From an uncultured Bdellovibrionales bacterium (lineage in GTDB: Bacteria; Patescibacteriota; Minisyncoccia; Moranbacterales; GWC2-37-73): a DNA stretch of 64,000 bases. A program made the translations under genes and the position numbers. Below, piece after piece: positions 29,601 to 39,145 of this stretch (position 1 is its first letter; the number at the start of each line of letters is the position of its first letter). Below the pieces are notes generated by a model that had not been told where the DNA came from, made no database searches, and saw nothing but the letters and a program-made list of their open reading frames with translations. Location of the stretch: assembly GCA_964609855.1 (NCBI GenBank), contig CAZSTB010000004.1, positions 3,740-67,739 of the forward strand. Reading direction: 5' to 3'.

Positions 29601-31325
29601 TTATGCCACATGCTCCACTGGAATCTCAATGATAAATCTTGAACCGAGGTCGGCGCCATCAGATTCAACCCAGACTTGGCCGTGGTGGGCTTCGGCGATT
29701 GCTTTGCCAACGTAGAGCCCGAGGCCGGTTCCGCCAACGTGAAGACGTGAAACGTCTTTTCCACGTGAGAATTTCTTGAAAAGATATGGAATTTCCTCCC
29801 TTGGGATTCCTATTCCAGTATCAGAAACTGTGATGCGAACCATCTGACCAAATTCAGATTTCTTCTCCGGAATAACGAAACCATTTTCATCGATCAAAAC
29901 TCCAGTTTCTTTAAGCTCAGCCTTTACGGTCACACCGCCCTTTTCCGTATATTTCAACGCATTATCAATGAAATTAGAAACCAGCTCTCTAATCTTAGTA
30001 TAATCCATGATAATTTCAGGCAGTGGGGTTTCGGGAAGCTTTAAGTCAAGATAAAACTTTTTCGTTTTTGCTATCAAAATGAAGTTATCATTTAATTCCT
30101 TGATGAGTTTTTCAACATTGGATTTTTCAAAAGCAAATTGCATACGTCCCGATTCAATTCGAGAGACATTGAGCAAATCTTCAATTAAACTCACTAAACG
30201 CTCAGAAGATGAATAAACTTTTTCCATTGCCCCCTTAACGCTTTCGGTTAATTCTCCATATGAACCCTCGAGCAAAAGTGAAGCAAATCCCTTGATTGCC
30301 GTAATCGGAGTTCTGAGTTGATGAGAAGCAATTGAGATAAATTCAGTTTTCGCATTATCCAACTTCCTAAGCTGATCATTCGCCGTAGCTAATTTATCAG
30401 CCATTGCCTGAAGTTGCTCCTTGCGTTCAACTTCTTGCTTGACAGACCTAATGAGCATATATCCAAAGCCAAGGGATAACGCTAGCGTCACTCCAGTTAA
30501 AACCATCGCCGTAGTGTTTTGAACGAAGAAGAATTGTGAACCGACAAGCAAAATCATGGAGACTACCAATGCTTGTGCACCAATTAGCTTTATTTCAAAT
30601 GTTTTATATTTAACAATCATATAAGCAAGGAAAGCCACAAAAATAGGCATTCCAAAAAGCTTATACTGCTCAAACTTCCAATCAAGCTCCATTGTAATAA
30701 GAAAGTTTCCAATTGAAAAAGTTATCAACAAAATCACAATTCCCAAGGTAAAAAGCAAAATTTGCTTCTTATGTGCTACTTCAGCCTTTTTGTATCCCCT
30801 TATGGTAACTCCCGCTATCCATAAAATCAAAAGAATTTCCACAATATAAATATATATCCAAAGTGGCCCCTCAAAAGCCGCCCTATCGCAATTCGTTAAA
30901 TCATAGCCCAATAAATTATAGCGAGTATGCGTTAAAAAAATAACCGGCAAAAAAACCAAACTTACCAATATTTTCTTAAGAAAAGAAATGTCCGTGCCGT
31001 AAACAAATAAATAAGTTAAGTACAGAGCTGCTGCATACATAAGAAGCTCTAATGGAGCCATTGCTGACCAAAAAAACATGATGTATTGATCTTTTTCGCT
31101 TGCCCATAATATCAAATCAAAATAAACCCACAATGAAAACACAACTGTTAAAAAAAACAAAATTTTGTTTATCAACTCTTTTCTTCCTTTAAAAAAAACG
31201 AAGAAGCCAATAATCAAAGATAGAATAAGAGGTACCAAATGAGAATAGTAAATCAAGGGCTCATACACATTTGCTGAAAAAATAAGGAATTTCGCAGCAT
31301 CCCAATTACAAGATAGTGGATCCAT
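29601..31325 (-). CDS. Membrane sensor histidine kinase (HK1), multi-TM input
   Basis: Multi-TM N-terminus, ASHQLRTPIT, NFIDNALKY, DTGIGI, GGTGLGL. Confidence 0.95.
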   Translation of the reverse strand: MDPLSCNWDAAKFLIFSANVYEPLIYYSHLVPLILSLIIGFFVFFKGRKELINKILFFLTVVFSLWVYFDLILWASEKDQYIMFFWSAMAPLELLMYAAALYLTYLFVYGTDISFLKKILVSLVFLPVIFLTHTRYNLLGYDLTNCDRAAFEGPLWIYIYIVEILLILWIAGVTIRGYKKAEVAHKKQILLFTLGIVILLITFSIGNFLITMELDWKFEQYKLFGMPIFVAFLAYMIVKYKTFEIKLIGAQALVVSMILLVGSQFFFVQNTTAMVLTGVTLALSLGFGYMLIRSVKQEVERKEQLQAMADKLATANDQLRKLDNAKTEFISIASHQLRTPITAIKGFASLLLEGSYGELTESVKGAMEKVYSSSERLVSLIEDLLNVSRIESGRMQFAFEKSNVEKLIKELNDNFILIAKTKKFYLDLKLPETPLPEIIMDYTKIRELVSNFIDNALKYTEKGGVTVKAELKETGVLIDENGFVIPEKKSEFGQMVRITVSDTGIGIPREEIPYLFKKFSRGKDVSRLHVGGTGLGLYVGKAIAEAHHGQVWVESDGADLGSRFIIEIPVEHVA

Positions 31326-31343
31326 TTTTATTTTTATTAAAAA

Positions 31344-31841
31344 TTAGCGTTGCGTTTTAAGGCCCAGCAATTCAGCATTTTGTTCCAAATAAATCTTCTT
31401 AAAATACGTAGGGAAGACAGGGAAATATTTTCTAAAAAATAATGGCGGCAAATGCCTCGTACCTCGAATTATCCCCCTGCAATCACGAGCACCACATCCA
31501 CATCTCATGGTCCACGATGTATCTTCAGAAATTGAATAATCAAAAGTTATTTCTTCGTTTTTTTTAATGTTTCGCAATGCCACAAACGTAACTCTACCCC
31601 TTACGCTCGTATTTGGATCACAGGAGTGATTTATATAAACATAGGGTTTAATCGGGTCAATCCAGAGATCCTTATCTATCCCTACAATATTCGGCATTGA
31701 CAATAGATTTTTCCTATTGCTATTATTCATCTTCAAAATTCGACCCTTCATGATGAACACTACCTCCCCTTTTTTAATATCCCTATTTGAAAACAAACCA
31801 GTACCTGCAATTTCAGATTTACCTACATAAATTTTTGACAT
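31344..31841 (-). CDS. SET-domain methyltransferase with post-SET motif
   Basis: G.GLF..RDIKKGE, YINHSCDPN, EITFDY, CGCGARDCRG. Confidence 0.93.
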   Translation of the reverse strand: MSKIYVGKSEIAGTGLFSNRDIKKGEVVFIMKGRILKMNNSNRKNLLSMPNIVGIDKDLWIDPIKPYVYINHSCDPNTSVRGRVTFVALRNIKKNEEITFDYSISEDTSWTMRCGCGARDCRGIIRGTRHLPPLFFRKYFPVFPTYFKKIYLEQNAELLGLKTQR

Positions 31842-32027
31842 GTTAATTACAATTAACTATTAATCTATATATATTACCAATAATTATCTTCTAAAACAAA
31901 GTTTTACAATAATAAATTACATCAAAATAATATATTTATATGCATCCAATGTTAGTATATCACAATTTCATATCAAAGAAAATTCTTGCAAAAGAAAGAG
32001 CACTGAGGGATTTTATCCATCAGTGCT

Positions 32028-32708
32028 CTATTTTCTCCTTGAAAAAACCAGTGCCAATACAACCGCCAAGTATATAACCAGGTTATATATTGGTAGCGTG
32101 GCAATTGTAAAATTCCATTTTTCAATTGCCAGTAGATTTGCTACTCCACTTACCAGCGTTATTAGCCAAGCAAATAAATCTTCTTCGAATGGCTCTTTCC
32201 ACGATTTTAAAATAGTTGGAATTGCAGCAAGAATGTCCACGACAAGGAAGCAAAAAAGTGCAACCATAGGACTTCCTGAAAAAAACCACACAACAATACC
32301 CATTACTGAACCAAGTGAACAAATTGAATCAATTATTGTCCACTCTTTTTTTCCGTAAAACAAGGACAGAAATGCAGTCAATGTCATTCCAATAATACCA
32401 GCAATTGGAAGCCAAATAGTATTTTCGGCACCAGACATGATATAGCTAGCACTAAGCATCACTTCGAGAATCGACCATATCCACCAGGTCGCCTTACTGG
32501 GTTTAGTTTCTCCGTTAACAATAGAAATTAGATACGGAAGATATGCGACCAAGTTAATAAATCCAGCAATTTCACCCATCGTGCTTTTGACGTCCCCACC
32601 ATGATTCAATTGAATAATAGCAACTAAACCAATCAAAAGAACTGCAATTGTTTTTGATTTGACAGATGCCGCAAATTTTACAGCAATGCTTGTAACAAAA
32701 CCGCTCAT
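32028..32708 (-). CDS. Multi-pass membrane protein (PQ-loop-like)
   Basis: PYL.SI..G.TKP..ATWWIW and PT..KSW..P..E repeats; GGAGGTG RBS. Confidence 0.7.
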   Translation of the reverse strand: MSGFVTSIAVKFAASVKSKTIAVLLIGLVAIIQLNHGGDVKSTMGEIAGFINLVAYLPYLISIVNGETKPSKATWWIWSILEVMLSASYIMSGAENTIWLPIAGIIGMTLTAFLSLFYGKKEWTIIDSICSLGSVMGIVVWFFSGSPMVALFCFLVVDILAAIPTILKSWKEPFEEDLFAWLITLVSGVANLLAIEKWNFTIATLPIYNLVIYLAVVLALVFSRRK

Positions 32709-32883
32709 GGCGACACCTCCCTATGGAATTGTTAAATTAACTGATTTTTAATTATACACCCAAAAATAGCATTTGTCAAGCACAAATGCTGTTTTCGGCT
32801 ATTTCATGGCTTATAATAGCCATTATCGCCTTAAAGCTATAATTAAAAGTAAAGAATACCCATCTTCATTAGCCAAGAATAGT

Positions 32884-33633
32884 CTATATATTTTTAAAAA
32901 TAATAGGCAAGTATTCAGCAAATGGACTACCGTCCTTATTTAAAAGGTTTTCTTTGTTTTGTTCATTTTTTGTCACGTAAATGAGTTTTGCTAGCTCCGG
33001 CTTTTCACCTTTTTCCAAAATATCCTTCTCAAAAAGTTCATACTCACTCAAGAGTTGCTCCAAATCAATAGATAATTTGACCCAATACACAACTCCTAAA
33101 AATTTTTGTGGTCCGCTTTGCACAACAGCCCAAGGCAAAAAGCTTTCTATTCGAGAATTATCCGTTGATGAAATACCTATTTCTTCTTCCATTTCATTGG
33201 AGGCATTTCTTGAGATATCAATAAATTTACCATCTTCTTTTAAATCCTCTCTCGTTATTCCACCCCCAATACATTGAATTCTTCCCGGCAGTGCTGTATT
33301 ACTATTCATTTGTCCAAATACAAGAAAATTATCCTTTGTTTCTATCATGACAGAGGAATGAACCACGCGGCACATATATTCACCCTTAATGATCCCATGA
33401 ATAGTTGTCAGATAATGGGCATAATCGGAAAGCATTAATTCAACCATAACCTCCCCGTTTTCTTCCTTATTCTTTACGACAGTAAAAACATCTCCCCTCT
33501 TAAATGTTTTACCTTCAGATATTAATTCATTCCAATGATTTTCTATTGCTATTGAAACATCTTCAGGAAAGATAATTTTTTTATCATTATATTCAAGAAT
33601 TGGCTCCCTGTTTAGTTTTATAAACTCGTTCAT
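32884..33633 (-). CDS. Nudix-fold protein with degenerate box
   Basis: GGG......D......A.NEMEEEIGI. Confidence 0.7.
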   Translation of the reverse strand: MNEFIKLNREPILEYNDKKIIFPEDVSIAIENHWNELISEGKTFKRGDVFTVVKNKEENGEVMVELMLSDYAHYLTTIHGIIKGEYMCRVVHSSVMIETKDNFLVFGQMNSNTALPGRIQCIGGGITREDLKEDGKFIDISRNASNEMEEEIGISSTDNSRIESFLPWAVVQSGPQKFLGVVYWVKLSIDLEQLLSEYELFEKDILEKGEKPELAKLIYVTKNEQNKENLLNKDGSPFAEYLPIIFKNI

Positions 33634-33695
33634 TTTGTTTTTTTATTTATTTTCACTTTTTCTTTCCCCTACATGGTCCGGAGTTCTTCCCCGAT

Positions 33696-34355
33696 TTATT
33701 CCTCCAACAAATACTTCTGCAAGTTCTTTTTTTCTTTCATGTGAAATGCATTACTCTCAACAAATCTCCTGTAATCATCAGCGTCATCAAATTGACTGAG
33801 AATGATATTTCCATCATATCTAGAAGCACCGCTTTTTGGGACGTAGCCGGCAAAACTCGAATAGGGCCAGCTGACGGAGTTCTTCTCCGATTGCATGTGA
33901 ATGAAATAGTTCAAATTTACGTATGCTGATAAATATAAAAGATAAGCATTCGAATCTATATGAATTGCCTTGAATTTCCCTTGGAATAAAGCTCCGGATC
34001 GTTTTTGTTTGATGTTGAAATAATTAGTGTAGCCCGTGCCGATCTTTTGCATGAATGACACAACTCCGCCATCTTGCTTCTGCTTTATGATTAAATGAAA
34101 GTGGTTGGGATTCAAGCAATAACAAACGATTTCAACCAACTCATTTGCAAATAAGGGTGCGGAGTCGAACTCCGATTTCGGAGTTCGACTCCGCAACAAT
34201 CTTTCTTCTCTTAACATGCCAGAGTTAAAATCAGACATGGCACCGAGAAATCTGTCGTAATCACTGGCATCCGAAAAAATCATGCGCTTATCCACGCCGC
34301 GATTATACACATGATAATATTCATCAGTAATAAATTGTATTTTTCTTGATGGCAT
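33696..34355 (-). mobile_element. REP-associated tyrosine (Y1/HUH) transposase
   Basis: YYHVYNRGVDKR.IF, YCLNPNHFHL (HUH), GALFQGKFK, YVNLN, WPYSS. Start at ATG 34355. Flanked by and containing CGGAGTTC...TCCG repeats. Confidence 0.88.
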
Positions 34356-34442
34356 AGAATTTATTTCCACGGAGTTCCACGGAGTTCTTCTCCGATTAAT
34401 TTGAAGCATTTTAAAAGAGCATTTCTGCTCTTTTATCTTTCA

Positions 34443-35024
34443 TTATTCCAGTGGTAAATTTTCATTCTCAACCTCCTCTACTTTGGTTGGATTTTCTTCC
34501 AAGCCCTCTTCACATTCCGCATCACCTTCCTCGCAGGCAACTTCCGCACTTTCTTCTTGCAGTGCAGAGCATTCTTCATCCCCTGCCTCGACAGCAGCCG
34601 GGTCACATTCGGCGACTTCCTCTTCCTCTTCGACGGGATTATCAATAATGTATTGTTCAGGATCATTACAAATTTGTCCCTCTTCGGCGGTTTCCTCGCT
34701 GCACAAAATCATTTCACATTCTGCCTCACCCTCAGGGCAAGTCAAGGCTTCGCAATTTTCATCCGCAGGATCGCAAAGTGGAATATTGGCTGCATTTCTT
34801 TTTATAAGCTTGTAATACCAAATGTCTTCTTCCGGATCACCAGTGCACTCTTCCTCTTCCGGATCGCATTCATAAATAAAGCATGTTTCCAAGGTTGGAT
34901 CGCAGTCTGCCTCAGCTTCAATGATGTAGTCCTTTTTTAACATGATGCGCCAAAAGGTCACACCGACTGAACCGGCAATCATCAATGCGAAAACCCACAA
35001 CAACACTTTTGATTTTTTATCCAT
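34443..35024 (-). CDS. Membrane-anchored acidic Cys-rich protein
   Basis: One N-terminal TM; repeated C-D/E-P/E-x(3-9)-C motifs; very Glu-rich. Confidence 0.8.
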   Translation of the reverse strand: MDKKSKVLLWVFALMIAGSVGVTFWRIMLKKDYIIEAEADCDPTLETCFIYECDPEEEECTGDPEEDIWYYKLIKRNAANIPLCDPADENCEALTCPEGEAECEMILCSEETAEEGQICNDPEQYIIDNPVEEEEEVAECDPAAVEAGDEECSALQEESAEVACEEGDAECEEGLEENPTKVEEVENENLPLE

Positions 35025-35158
35025 AAAAAGATTTTATTAAATTTGATATAGTTATTATATCACAAAACGTGACCTAAAAAAAGTTCCAACCTAAAAAAAT
35101 ATTAGGGATAGCTAATATTTAAAACCAGCTATCATCTTTGATGATAGCTGGTTTGTTT

Positions 35159-36358
35159 TTACAACAATTTATTTTTATGCAAAAACAATAGTGCGACTAA
35201 ACCCATAAGAGAAAACAGTGCCGCACATGCCACGAACGTTGTCTGCAGCGAATATGCGTCGTGCACCCAGCCCATAATAGGTCCGATGATTGCAAAGATA
35301 AGTCTTGCCATCAAACTTTGCACGGACATGATTGTAGCCCGCTGCTCAGATGAGACCAAGCCGTTGATATAGCTTTTTATAATCGGATTGTTTATTCCCC
35401 TGGTCACATAGAACAAGGCAATGAAAACGATGGCCGCAGGTGCAATGTGAAAACTCAAGAGCACATAAGCTAGCACTGGCAGAATAATCAAGGCAATCAG
35501 CGAAGCTTTCCGCCCCAGATATTCTTCAATACTATGAGCCTTAAGCGAGAACCAACCGCCTATAAACATAAATGCAGCCCACAGCGCCCCAAACATATAT
35601 TGGGGGATTTTTGCTTCCATCCAATACACTTGAATAAACCAGACCATGGTTAAAGTTGAAGTGCTGACGATTGCAGAGTAAATGATAAGCCATTTGATTT
35701 CCACGTGATCATGCAAAGAATATTTCATCAATTTAAACATGGTCACGATGCTACTTTCGCGATTTTGCTGCTGCGGTTTTTTGATTTCATGAAGCGACAT
35801 TGCGACGGGAATTACCGTGAGCGCAAGCAGGACATCGAAATAAATGGGAAATCTTAAGCTGACAAGTGCCAGCAGCGAACCTCCAACAAAACTCGTGACT
35901 GCTTCTGAAAACATGCTCGCACTTCCGCCATTTCCCTCAGCTTTGATAGCCGTGCGACTGCCCCGCTCTTTATCAGTATGGTCATAAATCATCGCACTGT
36001 CAGCGCCGGAAGTAAAACAGTATCCGAATGCCAACAAAATTTCGCCACCCAAAAATCCAAAAAACGTGCTGGACAGCGAGTATACCAAGTATCCGACAGC
36101 TGAAAAACATCCTCCGATTATGATAGACTTTTTCCTGCCATACGTATCAGCAAAATATCCGGTTGGAACTTCTATGACAATGACTGCCAGTGCAAACAGC
36201 GACTGCAACAAGGTTATTTCCTTCATGGAAAGTCCGTGCTGCTTAAAAAACAGCACAATGATTGCGATACTAAACATACCGCTGCGAAGCGCCTTGATAA
36301 CATACATCTTTTGCAGATTGTTCGTCTTGCACGTTAGCCAATTCATGACATCCCCCAT
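35159..36358 (-). CDS. MFS transporter
   Basis: EVPTGYFADTYGRKKS (motif A), SGADSA.IYD, RATI.S. Confidence 0.92.
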   Translation of the reverse strand: MGDVMNWLTCKTNNLQKMYVIKALRSGMFSIAIIVLFFKQHGLSMKEITLLQSLFALAVIVIEVPTGYFADTYGRKKSIIIGGCFSAVGYLVYSLSSTFFGFLGGEILLAFGYCFTSGADSAMIYDHTDKERGSRTAIKAEGNGGSASMFSEAVTSFVGGSLLALVSLRFPIYFDVLLALTVIPVAMSLHEIKKPQQQNRESSIVTMFKLMKYSLHDHVEIKWLIIYSAIVSTSTLTMVWFIQVYWMEAKIPQYMFGALWAAFMFIGGWFSLKAHSIEEYLGRKASLIALIILPVLAYVLLSFHIAPAAIVFIALFYVTRGINNPIIKSYINGLVSSEQRATIMSVQSLMARLIFAIIGPIMGWVHDAYSLQTTFVACAALFSLMGLVALLFLHKNKLL

Positions 36359-36407
36359 TACTCGGTTAAGGTTGGACTGCTAATTGTAAAAGGACTTTTT
36401 GCTCAAC

Positions 36408-36525
36408 AAAAAACTCGGCTTTTGTTCAGCCGAGCTTATCCAAAGAAGAAGTTTTTGAAATCACATTATGATGTCTTACTTAAAAATTGCCTAAGATAAC
36501 CACAGCTAAACAAAATATTTTCCAT
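36408..36525 (-). promoter_or_regulatory. Putative leader-peptide attenuator upstream of the MFS gene
   Basis: 19-aa uORF (36525-36466) followed by a CTCGGCT/AGCCGAG hairpin and T-run about 50 bp before the MFS start. Confidence 0.45.
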
Positions 36526-36642
36526 ATCTGGGGACACGAAAATACGACCGTTTTTGTAATCGGCCTTTTTTGTTCTATTTAGCTGACAGCTATGCTTTTG
36601 CATAAATGTATTTCAAAAATTAATTGTATCTATTTTTTAACA

Positions 36643-37068
36643 TTAATTGATATTCTTGTCAATAGCACCAAAAAACAACTTTTTTATGCCATCCGGTCTG
36701 ATTTCCAAGCTGCGCATTTCGGAAATATTTATCCACTCCAATTCATGTGTGCCTTCATACGCTGAATCCAATTGAAATTCCGGGCCCTCACCACTACCAA
36801 GATTTCCACTGACAATCTCGCAGGCATAAAAAAATTCGATTTGTTTTCCGTAATCTTTTTGCTCAAAAATATTCTCAAATAAAAGCTCTCCGACTGAAAC
36901 CTCTACGCCCAGTTCTTCTTTGCATTCTCGAATTAGTGCTTGCTCACAACTTTCTCCATCCTCAACTCCCCCGCCAGGAAAAACCCAATATGTCATATCC
37001 TGCTTAACACGCTTTATCAATAAAAGCTTTCCATCTTTTTTAATTATAGCTCGAACACGTTTTTTCAT
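36643..37068 (-). CDS. Nudix hydrolase
   Basis: WVFPGGGVEDGE....ALIRECKEELG. Confidence 0.92.
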   Translation of the reverse strand: MKKRVRAIIKKDGKLLLIKRVKQDMTYWVFPGGGVEDGESCEQALIRECKEELGVEVSVGELLFENIFEQKDYGKQIEFFYACEIVSGNLGSGEGPEFQLDSAYEGTHELEWINISEMRSLEIRPDGIKKLFFGAIDKNIN

Positions 37069-37227
37069 ATTTAAACGAATTCATAAGAATCTACTACTGC
37101 AATGCTCTGCAGCTTAATTATATCAAAATAAGTAAATTCAGACTATTTTTTAAAGAGCACGGTTGTCATGTGTTTATTTAATCAACCATCAATTGCAAAC
37201 AGACAGCGGATTTTAATCAATGCGAGC

Positions 37228-37450
37228 CTGGATTCCCTTTTTCAATGGAATGACAATGCGGATAAAATACTAAATCTAAATTTCCAAAGTCAAATAAAAT
37301 ACTTCCTTGTCATCCTCAGCTTGACTGGGGATCCAGGTTTTATAAATACAGGGCCTGGATTCCCGTTTTCACGGGAATGACAAGGATCATGTATTTATCA
37401 TGCTCGCGCGACCAATGGAAGTGCCCTTGTGATAAACGCGGGGATCCCAG
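37228..37450. repeat. Cluster of TGTCAT/GGAATGACA REP-like palindromes
   Basis: 37228-37255, 37308-37337, 37351-37383 (ATTCCC-N8-GGGAAT core) and a degenerate copy ending at ~37450. Confidence 0.8.
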
Positions 37451-37522
37451 GTTTATAAATATTAGCAAAAATAAAAAAAGCCCGTGGATATTTCCACAGG
37501 CAATTAAAAAGCATTGAGCTAG

Positions 37523-39145
37523 CTATTCACTCCAAGACTCAGTCAGTAGCGGTACGCTACTTGGATTTTTCGGAGCAACTCCGGTGTACGTATAAACGAC
37601 TCTGGCAGTAGCTGCTTTACCGGAAATATCTGTCGCGGTAAAATTTAAACCTAGAATCATGTTACTTGAATTACCGCCGGCTTTTCCCAAGCAACTAAAT
37701 ATGCCGTCGCCAGCAACCTTGTCTCCACTGATGCCTTGATCATTGATGCGTATTCCAGGATTGACCTTTCCGGCATCGGTCTCATATGTGACCGAGCTTA
37801 TATATGCAAGACCGTGCTGATGCGAAACGGATATTTCCGCCAAGACCAGTGTTTCAGTAGTTCCTGATGAGGGAGATAATCTTGCCCAATTTATTATGGG
37901 CTTAATGTCAGCTCCGCCAGCAGGTTTTGTTTGAGCGTACTGTCTTGCTGGCGTTAAAATGAAAGAGTCATCATTTGCCAATATTCCTTCGCCGCCATGC
38001 ACCCCGGCATATTCATATGCTGCTTCTGCTAAACCTACACAGTTGTAATATTCTGGGCCTTTTACGTATTTCCCAAAAATCATTCCATAGGCTCTTTCAA
38101 GATTCAAATAAGGCTTCCCGACTTTGCTTTCAACAAACTCAACAATCTTTTGCCGTTGCTGCATGGTTACATCGTTGAATTTAAGTTCGCGGGCGCCCAT
38201 GTACACAGAATTGTCATGAAAGTAAGCACTAATAAGATAACTTTGAATCGAGTTTGGTACCTTATAATATGCATACCTAACACCGACACCAGGCATAGCC
38301 TCTACTAAATTATATTTGCCGAAGAAAATTACCTCAGGCGTGGCCACTCCCTGACCATTCCAATCTTTCTCACTCGTATAGATTCCCACATGACCAGGAG
38401 TCCATCCAGCCAGAGAAATTGAGGCAACCAATTCAAGTGAAGATTCGCCAGACAATTTAAATAGAAGATCTCCCATTGCTGGCTTTCCGAAATCCTCAGG
38501 AGGCATTCCGCTTAAGCCTGCAATGGAATACAGACTAAAGTGATTAACTTCACCGGTAAGAATATTGTTCACCGTGTCTATACTCAGGACTCTTTCTTCT
38601 TTCCAAACTTTGGTCGTCTTATTAAAAGAATAGAGCTTGAGCGTGGATTTACTTTCAACGCCAGCAATGGCCAGGTCTTCAGCGGAAAAAGGCATCTCAA
38701 TAACCGAAGGCTTACTGAAAACAGTGCCGTCCGGTCCAAAATCTATCACACTTCCAACCGGGTTGAGGCCCACAGGTAAAGCAGCAGTGTTATCTGCAAC
38801 ACCTACCGATATTAAAGTATTCTGGTCGAGGGCCCCGGGGGGAATTTTCAATTTCATTTCTTTTCCCACATCCAGCTGCACAGAAACAGTATCACCCAAG
38901 ATAGCATTCACATCCTTTGTAGCAATCGGCTGCGTAGATGCTGAGAAATTCGAAAAGCCGCTGGCACTTGGTGACTGCTCAGGAATTGTGGGCGGAGCTA
39001 CTACCGGAGGCTGAACTGTCTGGTTTGCCTCATCTTGAGGGGTCACCTGACTAGAGGGCTCACTTGGCCCTGTTCCACCGCTGCAACCAAAAAGGGACAC
39101 TACAAAAAGCGCGAGCAAAAACCATTTCGACTTTCTCATTTCCAA
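37523..39145 (-). CDS. Lipoprotein: ZU5-like domain + permuted papain-like (YiiX/NlpC-P60) domain + choice-of-anchor-X-like C-terminus
   Basis: Lipobox SLFGC, Pro-rich linker, IPPGAL..FGPDG..F..P..NHFS.Y, GHVGIY before YNCVGL (His before Cys), NDQG..GDKVAGDGIFS. Confidence 0.7.
   Translation of the reverse strand: MEMRKSKWFLLALFVVSLFGCSGGTGPSEPSSQVTPQDEANQTVQPPVVAPPTIPEQSPSASGFSNFSASTQPIATKDVNAILGDTVSVQLDVGKEMKLKIPPGALDQNTLISVGVADNTAALPVGLNPVGSVIDFGPDGTVFSKPSVIEMPFSAEDLAIAGVESKSTLKLYSFNKTTKVWKEERVLSIDTVNNILTGEVNHFSLYSIAGLSGMPPEDFGKPAMGDLLFKLSGESSLELVASISLAGWTPGHVGIYTSEKDWNGQGVATPEVIFFGKYNLVEAMPGVGVRYAYYKVPNSIQSYLISAYFHDNSVYMGARELKFNDVTMQQRQKIVEFVESKVGKPYLNLERAYGMIFGKYVKGPEYYNCVGLAEAAYEYAGVHGGEGILANDDSFILTPARQYAQTKPAGGADIKPIINWARLSPSSGTTETLVLAEISVSHQHGLAYISSVTYETDAGKVNPGIRINDQGISGDKVAGDGIFSCLGKAGGNSSNMILGLNFTATDISGKAATARVVYTYTGVAPKNPSSVPLLTESWSE

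Noticed and set aside
29582-29764. Alternative-frame ORF overlapping the HK1 end, and antisense ORFs across the window (e.g. 56624-59315, 60608-61315)
   Set aside because: Shadow ORFs of well-supported genes, with no motifs or RBS.
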